This document shows, in pieces, positions 55,485 to 64,000 of a stretch of 64,000 nt of DNA. The notes under the pieces are model-generated. The model did no database searches, was not told where the DNA came from, and saw nothing but the letters and a program-made list of their open reading frames with translations. The DNA is from Gemmatimonadales bacterium (lineage in GTDB: Bacteria > Gemmatimonadota > Gemmatimonadetes > Gemmatimonadales > GWC2-71-9). The position numbers were made by a program, and so were the translations under genes. Within the stretch, counting starts at the first letter, position 1. The number at the start of each line of letters is the position of its first letter. The DNA lies in the NCBI GenBank assembly GCA_050733355.1, contig JBOHSY010000473.1, forward strand, positions 1,095 through 65,094, given 5' to 3'.

Positions 55485-56721
55485 CCGCTCAGCCGCGATC
55501 GCGCTCGCCCTCGCCACCCTCGTCGCCCCGCCGGCCCACCCCGCGGGCGGCGGCGGAATGGCCGATGAGATCGTCGAGGCGGTACGCGGCTACATCCAGC
55601 AGATCGCCCGGGACCCGAAACCCCGCCCCCAAGCGGTCGAGCCCGCTGATGCGGGCGGTCCCACCGTCGATATCTCCGATCTGAGCCAGTCCGGACGCGT
55701 CGAGCGGGCGGTTCGCCGGGCGGCACCTCGTCCCGGTCCCGACCTGCGGCTCACTGTGCCCAACGGTCGGGCGCGCGTGGGTGACTTCACCATCGGTTCC
55801 GACCAGACCATCCCCGGTCACCTCCTGGTGCTCGAGGGCGACGCCAACGTCTACGGGCGGCTGCTCGGCAATCTCGTGACCATGAACGGCGACGTGGTCG
55901 TGTACCCGGGCGGCGTCGTCCAGGGCGACATCCTGGCGTTGAACGGCGAGGTGTCGTCCCGCGGCGGCGAGATCGGCGGCGAAGCGAGCGAGTTCACCAC
56001 TCCGCCCCCGCCGCCGGCCGTCCCGACCGCGACGCTTTCGCCGGTCGCGCGCGTGGGGCTGGGCATCGCCGGCGTGTTCGGCGTGTTCCTGACGACGCTC
56101 GCGCTCGGATTCGGGCTCGTGCTTTTCGCGCGGCCCAATCTCGAAATCGTCTCAGACACCGTCACGCACTCGTTCGGCCGCGCGTTCATCACCGGCCTCA
56201 TCGGCCAGATTCTCGTGCTGCCGACGTTCGGCATGCTGGTCGTCGGGCTCATCCTGAGCGTCGCCGGCATCCTGCTCCTGCCCTTCGCCGTCGCGGTGTA
56301 CGCGCTGCTCGCGCTCCTCGGTGTGGTCGGCGGCTACCTCGCCGTCGCGCATGCCATCGGCGAGACGTGGACCCGCCGCCGGCTCGCCAAGGGAGCCATG
56401 CTCGGCTCCCCCAACAGCTATCGGTATGTCGGCGTGGGGCTCGCGGGACTGTTCGCGCTCTGGTTCGCCTGGGCACTCTTCGGGTGGGTGCCGGTGGCGG
56501 GCGAACTGGTCCGCGGGGCGGCGGTGCTCGTCACCTGGCTGCTCGCCACGGTCGGGTTCGGCGCCGCGCTGCTGAGCCGAGCCGGCATTCGCGAACACTT
56601 CGCCGGGCGCCTGATCCCGCCCGAGGCGCTCACGGACGAGTACCTCTGGGCCACGCCGCAGTTCGGCGTTCCCGCGGTGCGCCGCCCCGGCGCGCGCCCG
56701 CCCGAGCCGCCGGCGCGGTGA
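55471..56721 (+). CDS. Membrane protein with bactofilin-like beta-helical segment and polytopic C-terminal half
   Basis: Signal-like N-terminus. GHLLVLEGDANVYGRLLGNLVTMNGDVVVYPGGVVQGDILALNGEVSSRGGEIGGE repeat-like segment, then ~6 TM helices. Confidence 0.6.
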   Translation: MPTGSRSAAIALALATLVAPPAHPAGGGGMADEIVEAVRGYIQQIARDPKPRPQAVEPADAGGPTVDISDLSQSGRVERAVRRAAPRPGPDLRLTVPNGRARVGDFTIGSDQTIPGHLLVLEGDANVYGRLLGNLVTMNGDVVVYPGGVVQGDILALNGEVSSRGGEIGGEASEFTTPPPPPAVPTATLSPVARVGLGIAGVFGVFLTTLALGFGLVLFARPNLEIVSDTVTHSFGRAFITGLIGQILVLPTFGMLVVGLILSVAGILLLPFAVAVYALLALLGVVGGYLAVAHAIGETWTRRRLAKGAMLGSPNSYRYVGVGLAGLFALWFAWALFGWVPVAGELVRGAAVLVTWLLATVGFGAALLSRAGIREHFAGRLIPPEALTDEYLWATPQFGVPAVRRPGARPPEPPAR

Positions 56722-57569
56722 CCTGGCGGGCCCTTGCCGCGGCGGCGGCCGGCGTGCTCTGCTGGACCGGTGTCGCCTCCGCCCAGAGCTGGCGCCCCTA
56801 CTCCACCTTCCGGCAGTTCCACGGCGAGACGAAGCTCCGCGCGCAGCTCGAGTTCGCCGCCGGGTTGCTGAAGGTGATGCCGGGGCGGGACGCGGAGCTG
56901 TACCGGATGCACCTGTCCTACGACGCCGACCGGTTCGTGCCGCTCAGCCAGTACCAGGCGCGGGCCTCGACCGTGCGGCTCGGGGTGGAGTCGGCCGGCC
57001 GCGCGGGGCTTCGCGTAGTCTCCAAGAATCAGCTGCGTCAGAAGGCCGTCGTCGAGCTGTCTCCCAAGGCCGATCTCGCGCTCGACCTCAATCTCGGCGC
57101 CGGCGAGGCGGACGTGGACCTGGGCGGGCTCCGCATCGCCAGCGTGCGGCTCGAGACCGGTGCCAGCCGCGCCAGCATCCGCTTTTCGGCCCCGAACCGC
57201 ACCCGGTGCCGCTCCGCGGTGTTTGCCGCCGGAGCGGCGGACCTCTCCGTGCTCCGCCTGGGCAACAGCCGCTGCGAGAGGGTCAAAGTCGAGGGCGGCG
57301 TCGGGAAGCTCACCCTCGATTTCGGCGGCGCCTGGACGACCACGCAGAAGGCCGATCTGACGCTCGCGATGGGCGAGCTCCGCCTCCGGTTGCCGAAGCG
57401 GGCTCCGGTCCGGATCACGATGGCCAAGTTCCTCGCCAGCTTCGAGCCGGAGGGGTTGGTGCGGCGCGGGGCATCGTGGGCGACGCGCGACTTCGAGCCC
57501 GCCCAGCCGCATCTCGATATCGCGCTCACGTGCAGCGTGGGCGCGGTGCGCGTGGAGTGGGTAAATTGA
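56718..57569 (+). CDS. Toastrack-like (LiaF/LiaG-type beta-strand repeat) exported protein
   Basis: GTG 56718 overlaps the previous stop (GTGA). Signal peptide VTWRALAAAAAGVLCWTGVASAQ. Repeated xDLxLxLGAGEAxVDL / VEGGVGKLTLDF strands. Confidence 0.6.
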   Translation: MTWRALAAAAAGVLCWTGVASAQSWRPYSTFRQFHGETKLRAQLEFAAGLLKVMPGRDAELYRMHLSYDADRFVPLSQYQARASTVRLGVESAGRAGLRVVSKNQLRQKAVVELSPKADLALDLNLGAGEADVDLGGLRIASVRLETGASRASIRFSAPNRTRCRSAVFAAGAADLSVLRLGNSRCERVKVEGGVGKLTLDFGGAWTTTQKADLTLAMGELRLRLPKRAPVRITMAKFLASFEPEGLVRRGASWATRDFEPAQPHLDIALTCSVGAVRVEWVN

Positions 57570-57573
57570 ACCC

Positions 57574-58197
57574 ATGTCGCCGCTGGAGACGCTGGGCTGG
57601 GCGCTCGGAACCTCGTTCGCGTCGGGGCTGAACCTCTACGCCACCGTCGCCGCGGCGGGGCTGCTCCAGCAACACGGCATCATCCACCTCCCTCCAGCGC
57701 TCCAGGTCCTGGCGCAGCCGCTCGTCTGGGGCATCGCGCTCGCGCTGTTCGTCGTCGAGTTCGTCGCCGACAAGATCCCCGTAGTGGACAGCGCCTGGGA
57801 CACCATCCACACGTTCATCCGTCCGCCGGCGGCCGCGGTGCTCGCCTACAGCGCGTTCAGCGACGTGCCCGAGGGCTGGAAGTTGGGCGCGGCGCTTCTC
57901 GCCGGCAGCGTCGCGCTCACCTCGCACGGCGCCAAGGCGACCACCCGCGCCGCGGCGAACACCAGCCCGGAGCCGTTCAGCAACTGGATCCTGAGCGTCT
58001 TCGAGGACATGCTGGCCGTCGGGCTGGCGTGGCTGGCCGCGGAGCATCCGGTGCTGACCGGCGCGATCGTCGTGGTGCTGGTGGTTCTGTGCGTGCTCCT
58101 GATCTGGAGGCTGTTCGGATTCTTCAAGCGGGTGGTGGCGAGAATCCGCGGGCAACCGCTGGCCGAGGCGAGCGGTACTGGAACGAGCTACGGCTAG
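57574..58197 (+). CDS. DUF4126-like membrane protein
   Basis: LNLYATVAAAGLL...FVVEFVADKIPVVDSAWD motif. Starts 4 nt after the previous stop. Confidence 0.75.
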   Translation: MSPLETLGWALGTSFASGLNLYATVAAAGLLQQHGIIHLPPALQVLAQPLVWGIALALFVVEFVADKIPVVDSAWDTIHTFIRPPAAAVLAYSAFSDVPEGWKLGAALLAGSVALTSHGAKATTRAAANTSPEPFSNWILSVFEDMLAVGLAWLAAEHPVLTGAIVVVLVVLCVLLIWRLFGFFKRVVARIRGQPLAEASGTGTSYG

Positions 58198-58973
58198 AGC
58201 CGCGAATCACCGCCGAACCGCGAAGAACGGCGTCGCAGCACAAGGCGTACCGCAGTTCCGACCGTCGCAGCAAGCCGCTCCGCGGCTGACCCGTTCCGCA
58301 CCGCGATCTCGATCGTCCCCCCGGAGCCGAGGAACGCCACCAGCTCCCCCTCCGCGACATCGCTGAACGTGCGCCGCAGCCGCACCCGCGCCCCGTCGAT
58401 CTCGACCGGGCCGTCGGCATCGCGCTCGAGGTTCGTCACGAGCGTCCCGTACCGGTCCACGTAGATCACCTCGCCGGCCACGGCACTGCCCTCACGCCGC
58501 GGCTGGGACGACGCAAGCTGAGTTGGAGCCGTGCGCACCGCCGCGCCCAGGTCGCTCGCGGGCGTGCCGCCCGCGAGGGCCGCGGCAGCCGGCGCGAACA
58601 CGTCCCGGCCATGGAAGGTGGGGGCCGCCGACTCCGGAATCGGCAGCTCGACGATCCGCTCCGCCCGCGGCAGCACCGGGGTGAGGAGCCCGTTGTCCGG
58701 AGCCACGAAATGATGCCCGTCCGCCCGGACGGCGAGCGCCGAACGCGGCCCCCCCACACCCGGATCGACGATCGCCACGTGCACGGTCCCCGGCGGGAAC
58801 GTCGGCCAGGCGCGGCCGAGCACGTAGGCCGCGGCGCGCACGTCCCCCGGCGGGATGTGGTGGCTGATGTCGGCGAGGACCGCACCGGGCGCCCGGGTGA
58901 GGAGGGCACCCCGCAGCTCGCCGACGTAGGAGTCGCGCGTGCCGAAGTCGGTCAGGAGAGTGATGACTGGCAT
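58194..58973 (-). CDS. SAM hydrolase / SAM-dependent halogenase family protein (DUF62)
   Basis: Start ATG 58973 (MPVITLLTDFGTRDSYVGELRG). The upstream 21 codons of the ORF translate repeat R9. Confidence 0.85.
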   Translation of the reverse strand: MPVITLLTDFGTRDSYVGELRGALLTRAPGAVLADISHHIPPGDVRAAAYVLGRAWPTFPPGTVHVAIVDPGVGGPRSALAVRADGHHFVAPDNGLLTPVLPRAERIVELPIPESAAPTFHGRDVFAPAAAALAGGTPASDLGAAVRTAPTQLASSQPRREGSAVAGEVIYVDRYGTLVTNLERDADGPVEIDGARVRLRRTFSDVAEGELVAFLGSGGTIEIAVRNGSAAERLAATVGTAVRLVLRRRSSRFGGDSRL

Positions 58974-59004
58974 CGGGACAGGGCCGGAACCGAAAAAACG
59001 GGAA

Positions 59005-59069
59005 TCACAGAGGACCCAGAGAACACAGAGGACCACCTATTGAACGCAGAGGCGCAGGGACGCGGAGGG
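59005..59069. repeat. Solo half-element R9, homologous to the left arm of R8
   Basis: tcacagaggacccagagaacacagaggaccacc...aacgcagaggcgcagggacgcggaggg. Shares ccagagaacacagag and aacgcagaggcgcag (15/15) with 53330-53380. No complementary arm nearby. Confidence 0.8.
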
Positions 59070-59102
59070 ATCGCGACACCATTTTTGGTGGTCGAGCAGC
59101 AG

Positions 59103-60209
59103 TCAGCCGCGGAGGATCGGCAGCTCGACCACGCGCCCGCCGGCTTCCTTCACCAGCGCTGCGGCGATCGCACGCAGGGTCGTCGCGGCCGGGCTCTCCG
59201 GCTCGGCCACGACCACCGGCCGGCCCTCATCCGCATACGCCGCCAGGCGCGGCTGGAGCGGCACCTCGCCCAGGAGCGGCGCGCCGATCTCGGCCGCCAG
59301 CCGGCGCCCCCCGCCCGAGGCGAAGAACTCCACCCGTCGCCCGGTCTGCGGATCGGTGTACCCGCTCATGTTCTCGACCACCCCCAACACCGGTACCCCG
59401 ACCCGCTCGAACATCCGGGCGCCCCGGAGCGCGTCGCCCACCGCCATCTCCTGAGGGGTCGTCACGATCAGCGCCCCGGAGACGTGGGTGGACTGGACCA
59501 GCGAGAGCTGCGCATCGCCGGTCCCTGGCGGCAGATCCACCAGGAAATAGTCGAGCCGGCCCCAGTCCACGTCGCGCAGGAACTGCTGCACGACCTTCAT
59601 GATGATCGGTCCGCGCCAGATCGCGGGCGCGTCGCGCTCCACGAGGAATCCGAGCGACATCAGCTTGACCCCGTGGGCCCCGAGCGGCTGAATCCGCCCT
59701 CCGAACACCGGCGGCTTGTCGAACACGCCGAACATGCGCGGAATGTTCGGCCCGTAGATGTCGGCATCCATGATTCCCACCGCGTGCCCCGCCTCGGCCA
59801 GTGCCACGGCGAGGTTCGCGGCCACCGTCGACTTCCCGACGCCGCCCTTCCCCGAGGAGACCGCGATGATCCGACCCAGGTTGGGCTGCTCCGGCGGCGG
59901 CGGCGGCGCGACATTGGCCGGCACCGCGCCAGGCGGCGCGTGCGTCGCTTTCGCGGGACCGGCCGGATCGGCAACCGAGATCTTCACGTCCTCCCGCCGG
60001 ACGCCCTCGACGCCGCTCACGGCGTTCCGGGCCTCGCGAACGAGCGTCGCGGGGTCCTCCCGCGAGAGCAGGAACGTGAACGACACCCCGCCCTCCGGGG
60101 TGACCGTGAGGTCGCGCACCATCCCCGTCGACAGGAGGTCGGCCTCGAGACGGGGATTCTGGATGCAGGAAAGCGCGGCGATGACCCGCGCCTGGAGTGA
60201 CTCGGTCAC
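59103..60209 (-). CDS. Mrp/ApbC-family Fe-S cluster carrier ATPase
   Basis: N-terminal MIP18-like domain, deviant Walker A SGKGGVGKST, CxxC-region equivalents, Mrp-typical length. Confidence 0.9.
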   Translation of the reverse strand: MTESLQARVIAALSCIQNPRLEADLLSTGMVRDLTVTPEGGVSFTFLLSREDPATLVREARNAVSGVEGVRREDVKISVADPAGPAKATHAPPGAVPANVAPPPPPEQPNLGRIIAVSSGKGGVGKSTVAANLAVALAEAGHAVGIMDADIYGPNIPRMFGVFDKPPVFGGRIQPLGAHGVKLMSLGFLVERDAPAIWRGPIIMKVVQQFLRDVDWGRLDYFLVDLPPGTGDAQLSLVQSTHVSGALIVTTPQEMAVGDALRGARMFERVGVPVLGVVENMSGYTDPQTGRRVEFFASGGGRRLAAEIGAPLLGEVPLQPRLAAYADEGRPVVVAEPESPAATTLRAIAAALVKEAGGRVVELPILRG

Positions 60210-60215
60210 GGGGGC

Positions 60216-60446
60216 TCAGACGGCGTCGACGGTCTTCACTTCCGGCACCAGCTCGCGGAGCCGGAGCTCGATCCCCTGCCTCAGGGTGACAGTTGACGCG
60301 CTGCAGCCGTGGCAGGTGCCGCCGAGGCGGAGCAGCAGCCGGCCCTCCCCCTCGTCGAAGTCCACCACCTCCACGTGCCCGCGGTGGGAGGCGATATAGG
60401 GCCGAAGGAGGTCGAGAGTGCGCTCGATGCGGTCGATGATCTCCAT
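60216..60446 (-). CDS. NifU-like (Nfu C-terminal domain) protein
   Basis: 76 aa with GGTCHGCSAS CxxC motif. Confidence 0.85.
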   Translation of the reverse strand: MEIIDRIERTLDLLRPYIASHRGHVEVVDFDEGEGRLLLRLGGTCHGCSASTVTLRQGIELRLRELVPEVKTVDAV

Positions 60447-60499
60447 ATGCGGACGCTAATTCCTAGTTCCCTTGTCGGCAATATACTGCCGCGCCGGCA

Positions 60500-61522
60500 T
60501 CATGGGCGTCCGTTTCCGGCCAGGTAGGCTCGCGCCGCCGAGAGCACGGTGGCCTGGACCTCCGCGAGCGAGCCGACCAGGGCCAGGCCGGCGGCCTTGG
60601 TATGCCCGCCCCCTCCGAACTGCCGGGCGAACGCCGCCACGTCGACGGTTCCGACCGACCGGAGTGACACCTTCACGCGCCCGGCCGACACCTCGCGGAA
60701 CAGCAGAGCCATGCGCACGCCATCGACCGACCTCGGGTACTCGACGACGCCGTCGAGATCGTCCGAGGTGAGGCCGAACCGCTCCACGGCTCCCGGCGGG
60801 ACGGTCAACCAGGCAAGCCCGATATCGGGCTCGACCACCAGGGTCTGCAGCGCTTCCCCGAGGAGCCTCGGCCGGCCTTCCGGCGCGCGCGCGTACACGT
60901 CGAGATAGATGCCCTCCGGGTCGAGCCCGGTCTCGAGCAGTTCGGCGGCGATCCGGAGCGTGCGCGGCTGCGTGTTACTGAAGCGGAAGCCGCCGGTGTC
61001 GGTGAGGAGCGCGACGTAAAGAGCGCGCGCGGCGGGCTGCCCGAGCTGCCACCCGTTCGCGAGGGCGACCTCGAAGACCAGCTCGCCGGTCGCGGACGCG
61101 GTGGGATCGACGTACCGCGGTCCGGGGGGAAGCGCGCCCTGGCTCACGTGGTGATCGATGCACGCCACCGGCACGCCGCGCTCCCGCACCGCCTCGGCCA
61201 GCATGCCCAGCCGGCCGAGCTCCGAGATGTCGAGCACGACAATGACGTCCGCGCGCCGGATCTCCTTCACCGCCTCCGGCGTGCGGTCGACGCCGGGCAG
61301 CTCGTCGAACAGAAACCGGAACCGGGTCGGGGTGGGCGTCGGATTGGTGACGCTGACGTCGAGCCCCCGCGCGCGCAGCAGGTGTGCGAGCCCGACCTCG
61401 CTGCCGAGGCCGTCGCCGTCCGGGTTGACGTGAGTCGTGAGGCAGACCCGCTGCCCCGGCTGGAACGCGGCCGCGAGCGCGACGGCCGCGGCGCGATCCG
61501 CGGCACTCAGGGTGGAGGGCAT
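60500..61522 (-). CDS. DHH/DHHA1 phosphoesterase (NrnA-like)
   Basis: Start ATG 61522. HVNPDGDGLGS, DHH (IDHHVS) and GGGH motifs. The upstream 20 codons translate R10. Confidence 0.8.
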   Translation of the reverse strand: MPSTLSAADRAAAVALAAAFQPGQRVCLTTHVNPDGDGLGSEVGLAHLLRARGLDVSVTNPTPTPTRFRFLFDELPGVDRTPEAVKEIRRADVIVVLDISELGRLGMLAEAVRERGVPVACIDHHVSQGALPPGPRYVDPTASATGELVFEVALANGWQLGQPAARALYVALLTDTGGFRFSNTQPRTLRIAAELLETGLDPEGIYLDVYARAPEGRPRLLGEALQTLVVEPDIGLAWLTVPPGAVERFGLTSDDLDGVVEYPRSVDGVRMALLFREVSAGRVKVSLRSVGTVDVAAFARQFGGGGHTKAAGLALVGSLAEVQATVLSAARAYLAGNGRP

Positions 61523-61535
61523 GGAGGAAAGATAA

Positions 61536-61606
61536 GTGAGCAGTGAGCAGTGAGCGGCCAGACGACTCCGGACACTGCCCACCGCTCACTGCTCACTGCT
61601 CACTGC
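61536..61606. repeat. Tandem-unit hairpin R10 (GTGAGCA x3 / TGCTCAC x3)
   Basis: gtgagcagtgagcagtgagcgg (61536-61557) pairs perfectly (22 bp) with ccgctcactgctcactgctcac (61582-61603). Confidence 0.9.
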
Positions 61607-61620
61607 CCATTGCTTGCAGT

Positions 61621-63057
61621 TTACCGCCGCGCCAGCCGGCTGTGCGTCCGCCCGTACACGAAGTAGAGGACGAGCCCGAGGACGAACCAGATGATGAGCC
61701 GCCGCCACGTGCTCCAGGGAAGCGAGATCATCAGATACAGGGCCGAGATCGCGCCCATTGGCGCCGTGAACCAAACGATTGGCACTTTGAATGGACGCGG
61801 GAGACCCGGCTCGCGGACGCGGAGGACCAGGATGCCGATGGAGACGATCACGAACGCGAGCAAGGTACCGATGGAGACCAGGCTTCCCGCCTCGCGCACC
61901 GTGAGGAGCGCCGAGAAGATCGCGACACCGATGCCGGTCACGATGGACGTGATCCAGGGAGTCCGGAACTTCGGATGCACGGCGGCCACGAACGGCGGCA
62001 GGAGCCCGTCCTTCGACATCGTCCAGAAGACCCGCGACTGACCCAGCAGCATCACGAGAATGACGGACGAGAGCCCGGCGATCGCGCCCAGCTTGATCAG
62101 ACCAGCGATCCACCCGAGGCCCGCGCGATCCGCCGCCTTGGCGATCGGGTCCGGCACGTCGAGCTCGGCGTAAGGGACAACCCCCGTGGCGATGCCGGCG
62201 ACGACGATGTAGAGCAGGGTGCAGATCAGCAGCGACCCGATGATGCCGATGGGCATGTCCTTCTGCGGATTCTTCGCCTCTTGTGCGGCGGTGCTCACGG
62301 CATCGAACCCGATGTAGGCGAAGAAGACGACGCCGGCGCCAGCCATCACTCCGGTCCACCCGAAGTGCTCGCGCACTCCGGTATTCTCTGGAATGAACGG
62401 GCGCCAGTTGGCCGGGTCCACCGCCTGCGCCGCGAGCGCGATGAAGAGCAGCACCACCGCGACCTTTATGATCACGATGACGTCGTTGACCGTCGCGGAC
62501 TCGCGGATGCCGATGACCAGCAGCGTGGTGACGATCGCGATGATGACGACGGCCGGCAGGTTGAACAGCGCGGTGACGGCGGAGCCGTCGGCCAGCGTGA
62601 CGACGGTGCCTCGCGCGGCCGTGAGCTCGGGCGGGATGTGAATCCCGATGCCGCTCAGAAACGACACCACGTATCCCGACCAGCCGATTGCTACGGTGAC
62701 GGCGCCGAGCGCATACTCGAGAACCAGGTCCCAGCCGATGATCCAGGCGATGAACTCACCGAGGGTCGCGTAGCCGTAGGTGTAGGCGCTGCCCGCCATC
62801 GGTACGAGCGACGCGAACTCGGCGTAGCACAGCGCCGCGAAGACCGACGCGACGCCGGCGATGACGAACGAGAGTACCACGGCCGGCCCCGCGTTCTGCG
62901 CCGCGACCGTGCCGGTGAGCACGAAGATCCCGGTGCCGATGATCGCGCCGACGCCGAGCATGACGAGGTTGAGCGGCCCCAGCGCACGCCTGAGACTCTG
63001 GTCGCTGGCCGCCTCGGCCTGGAGACCGGTGATGCTCTTCCGGCGGAAGAGATCCAT
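61621..63057 (-). CDS. APC-family amino acid permease (cationic amino acid transporter-like)
   Basis: 478 aa, ~12 TM helices, N-terminal RALGPLNLVMLGVGAIIGTGIFVLTG signature-like segment. Confidence 0.9.
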   Translation of the reverse strand: MDLFRRKSITGLQAEAASDQSLRRALGPLNLVMLGVGAIIGTGIFVLTGTVAAQNAGPAVVLSFVIAGVASVFAALCYAEFASLVPMAGSAYTYGYATLGEFIAWIIGWDLVLEYALGAVTVAIGWSGYVVSFLSGIGIHIPPELTAARGTVVTLADGSAVTALFNLPAVVIIAIVTTLLVIGIRESATVNDVIVIIKVAVVLLFIALAAQAVDPANWRPFIPENTGVREHFGWTGVMAGAGVVFFAYIGFDAVSTAAQEAKNPQKDMPIGIIGSLLICTLLYIVVAGIATGVVPYAELDVPDPIAKAADRAGLGWIAGLIKLGAIAGLSSVILVMLLGQSRVFWTMSKDGLLPPFVAAVHPKFRTPWITSIVTGIGVAIFSALLTVREAGSLVSIGTLLAFVIVSIGILVLRVREPGLPRPFKVPIVWFTAPMGAISALYLMISLPWSTWRRLIIWFVLGLVLYFVYGRTHSRLARR

Positions 63058-63089
63058 GGGATCCTCTGGTTGTGGGTGATCGGAGCCGC

Positions 63090-63180
63090 GTGAGCAGCAA
63101 GCGGTGAGCAGTGAGCAGGGGCTACGGGGTCTACCCGGGCATTGGAATTCCCTGCTTACCGCTCACCGCTCACTGCTTAC
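63090..63180. repeat. Tandem-unit hairpin R11 (GTGAGCA family)
   Basis: gtgagcagcaagcggtgagcagtgagcagg (63090-63119) versus cctgcttaccgctcaccgctcactgcttac (63151-63180), ~80% complementary. The right arm contains the guaB stop codon. Confidence 0.8.
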
Positions 63181-64000
63181 TGTAGTTCGGTGCTTCGCGC
63201 GTGATCGTGACGTCGTGCGGGTGGGACTCGCGGAGCCCCGCGGCCGTCACGCGGATCATCTCGACATCGCACTGGAGCGCCGCGAGGTCGGCGACGCCGC
63301 AGTAGCCCATGCCGCTCCGGAGCCCGCCCACCATCTGGAAGAGCACGTCGGCAACGGGGCCCTTGTAGGGAACCCGGCCCTCGATGCCCTCCGGCACCAT
63401 CTTGGTGGCGGTCATCTCGCCTTCCTGGAAGTACCGGTCGGCGCTGCCGTCCTGCATCGCGGAGAGACTGCCCATGCCCCGGATCATCTTGAAGCGGCGC
63501 CCTTCCGCCAGCACGGCCTCGCCTGGGCTTTCTTCGGTGCCGGCGAGCATCGATCCCATCATCGCCGAGGACGCCCCGGCGGCGATGGCCTTCACGACGT
63601 CACCCGAATACTTGATGCCGCCGTCCGCGATGATGGGCACGTCGCCGGCGCCGCGCCTCGCGTCCTGGATGGCCGTGACTTGCGGGACGCCGACGCCGGT
63701 GACGACCCGCGTGGTGCAGATGCTCCCGGGGCCGATGCCGACCTTGACGGCGTCCGCGCCCCGTTGGACCAGCTCCCGCGCGCCCGCCTCGGTGGCGACG
63801 TTGCCCACGATCACCTCGACATCAGGGAAGCTTTCCTTGATCGCGTCGAGCGCCTGGAGCACGCCCTCGCTGTGCCCGTGCGCCGAGTCCACGCACAGAA
63901 CGTCGACCCCGGCGCCGACCAGCGCGCGGGCCCGCGTGACGGCGTCGGGCGCGCCGCCCACCGCGGCCGCCACCCGGAGCCGGCCGTGCTGATCCTTGTT
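63170..64000 (-). CDS. guaB: IMP dehydrogenase (3' part; gene continues beyond the window)
   Basis: [12 protein letters not shown] catalytic-Cys loop, [17 protein letters not shown] is open to the window edge. Confidence 0.9.
   Translation of the reverse strand, partial: NKDQHGRLRVAAAVGGAPDAVTRARALVGAGVDVLCVDSAHGHSEGVLQALDAIKESFPDVEVIVGNVATEAGARELVQRGADAVKVGIGPGSICTTRVVTGVGVPQVTAIQDARRGAGDVPIIADGGIKYSGDVVKAIAAGASSAMMGSMLAGTEESPGEAVLAEGRRFKMIRGMGSLSAMQDGSADRYFQEGEMTATKMVPEGIEGRVPYKGPVADVLFQMVGGLRSGMGYCGVADLAALQCDVEMIRVTAAGLRESHPHDVTITREAPNYSKQ

Noticed and set aside
51746-63093. Plus-strand ORFs 51746..53389 (547 aa), 58611..60200 (529 aa), 61543..63093 (516 aa) and minus-strand 54305..55726 (473 aa)
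   Set aside because: They are antisense to the UbiD-like, Mrp and permease genes and to the ECF/anti-sigma genes respectively. Their Arg/Asp/Gly/His-rich low-complexity translations show no motifs.

Overview
Very GC-rich, gene-dense bacterial chromosomal segment with about 60 CDS and one tRNA. Coordinates and motifs were read by hand from the sequence and ORF track; no searches or computations were run. Most of it is core housekeeping: tRNA-Leu, tig-clpP-clpX, engB, a minus-strand hisC-hisB-hisH-(NUDIX)-hisF operon, trpE, maf-dtd, glmM-glmS, a Cys/Met PLP enzyme, purD, mutM, a late quinone cluster (ubiE/menG, UbiD-like, UbiA-like, ubiX), Mrp/Nfu Fe-S carriers, nrnA-like, an amino-acid permease and the 3' part of guaB. 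I saw no transposase, integrase, CRISPR array, toxin-antitoxin or restriction genes, so this is not a classical defence or mobile island. Three things stand out. (1) A 2122-aa protein (37444-43812) fuses a Ser/Thr-kinase-like domain, a STAND/AAA_16 ATPase, a helical scaffold, two GAF domains and a PAS domain to a sigma54-activator module (intact GAFTGA) and a Fis-type HTH. Directly downstream lie TTGGGA-type inverted repeats, an IHF-like site and a good -24/-12 sigma54 promoter, followed by an overlapping STAS-protein/ECF-sigma operon with no anti-sigma gene. I propose a sigma54 -> ECF sigma cascade gated by a giant kinase-like enhancer-binding protein. (2) A dispersed family of at least 14 intergenic elements has arms that are tandem 7-9-nt units (GTGAGAG, GTGAGCA, GGGCGGTAN, GGAGGGAGA, GAAGAGCA, CAGAGRA) paired with their complements, and several arms run into coding termini. 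(3) A PilB/GspE-type secretion ATPase carries a C-terminal receiver domain, has no pilus or T2SS neighbours, and overlaps hisC. Signalling genes are dense (hybrid kinase, FHA-GAF-cyclase, REC-HD-GYP, two ECF sigmas). Many long ORFs in the track are antisense or out-of-frame shadows typical of GC-rich DNA and were rejected.
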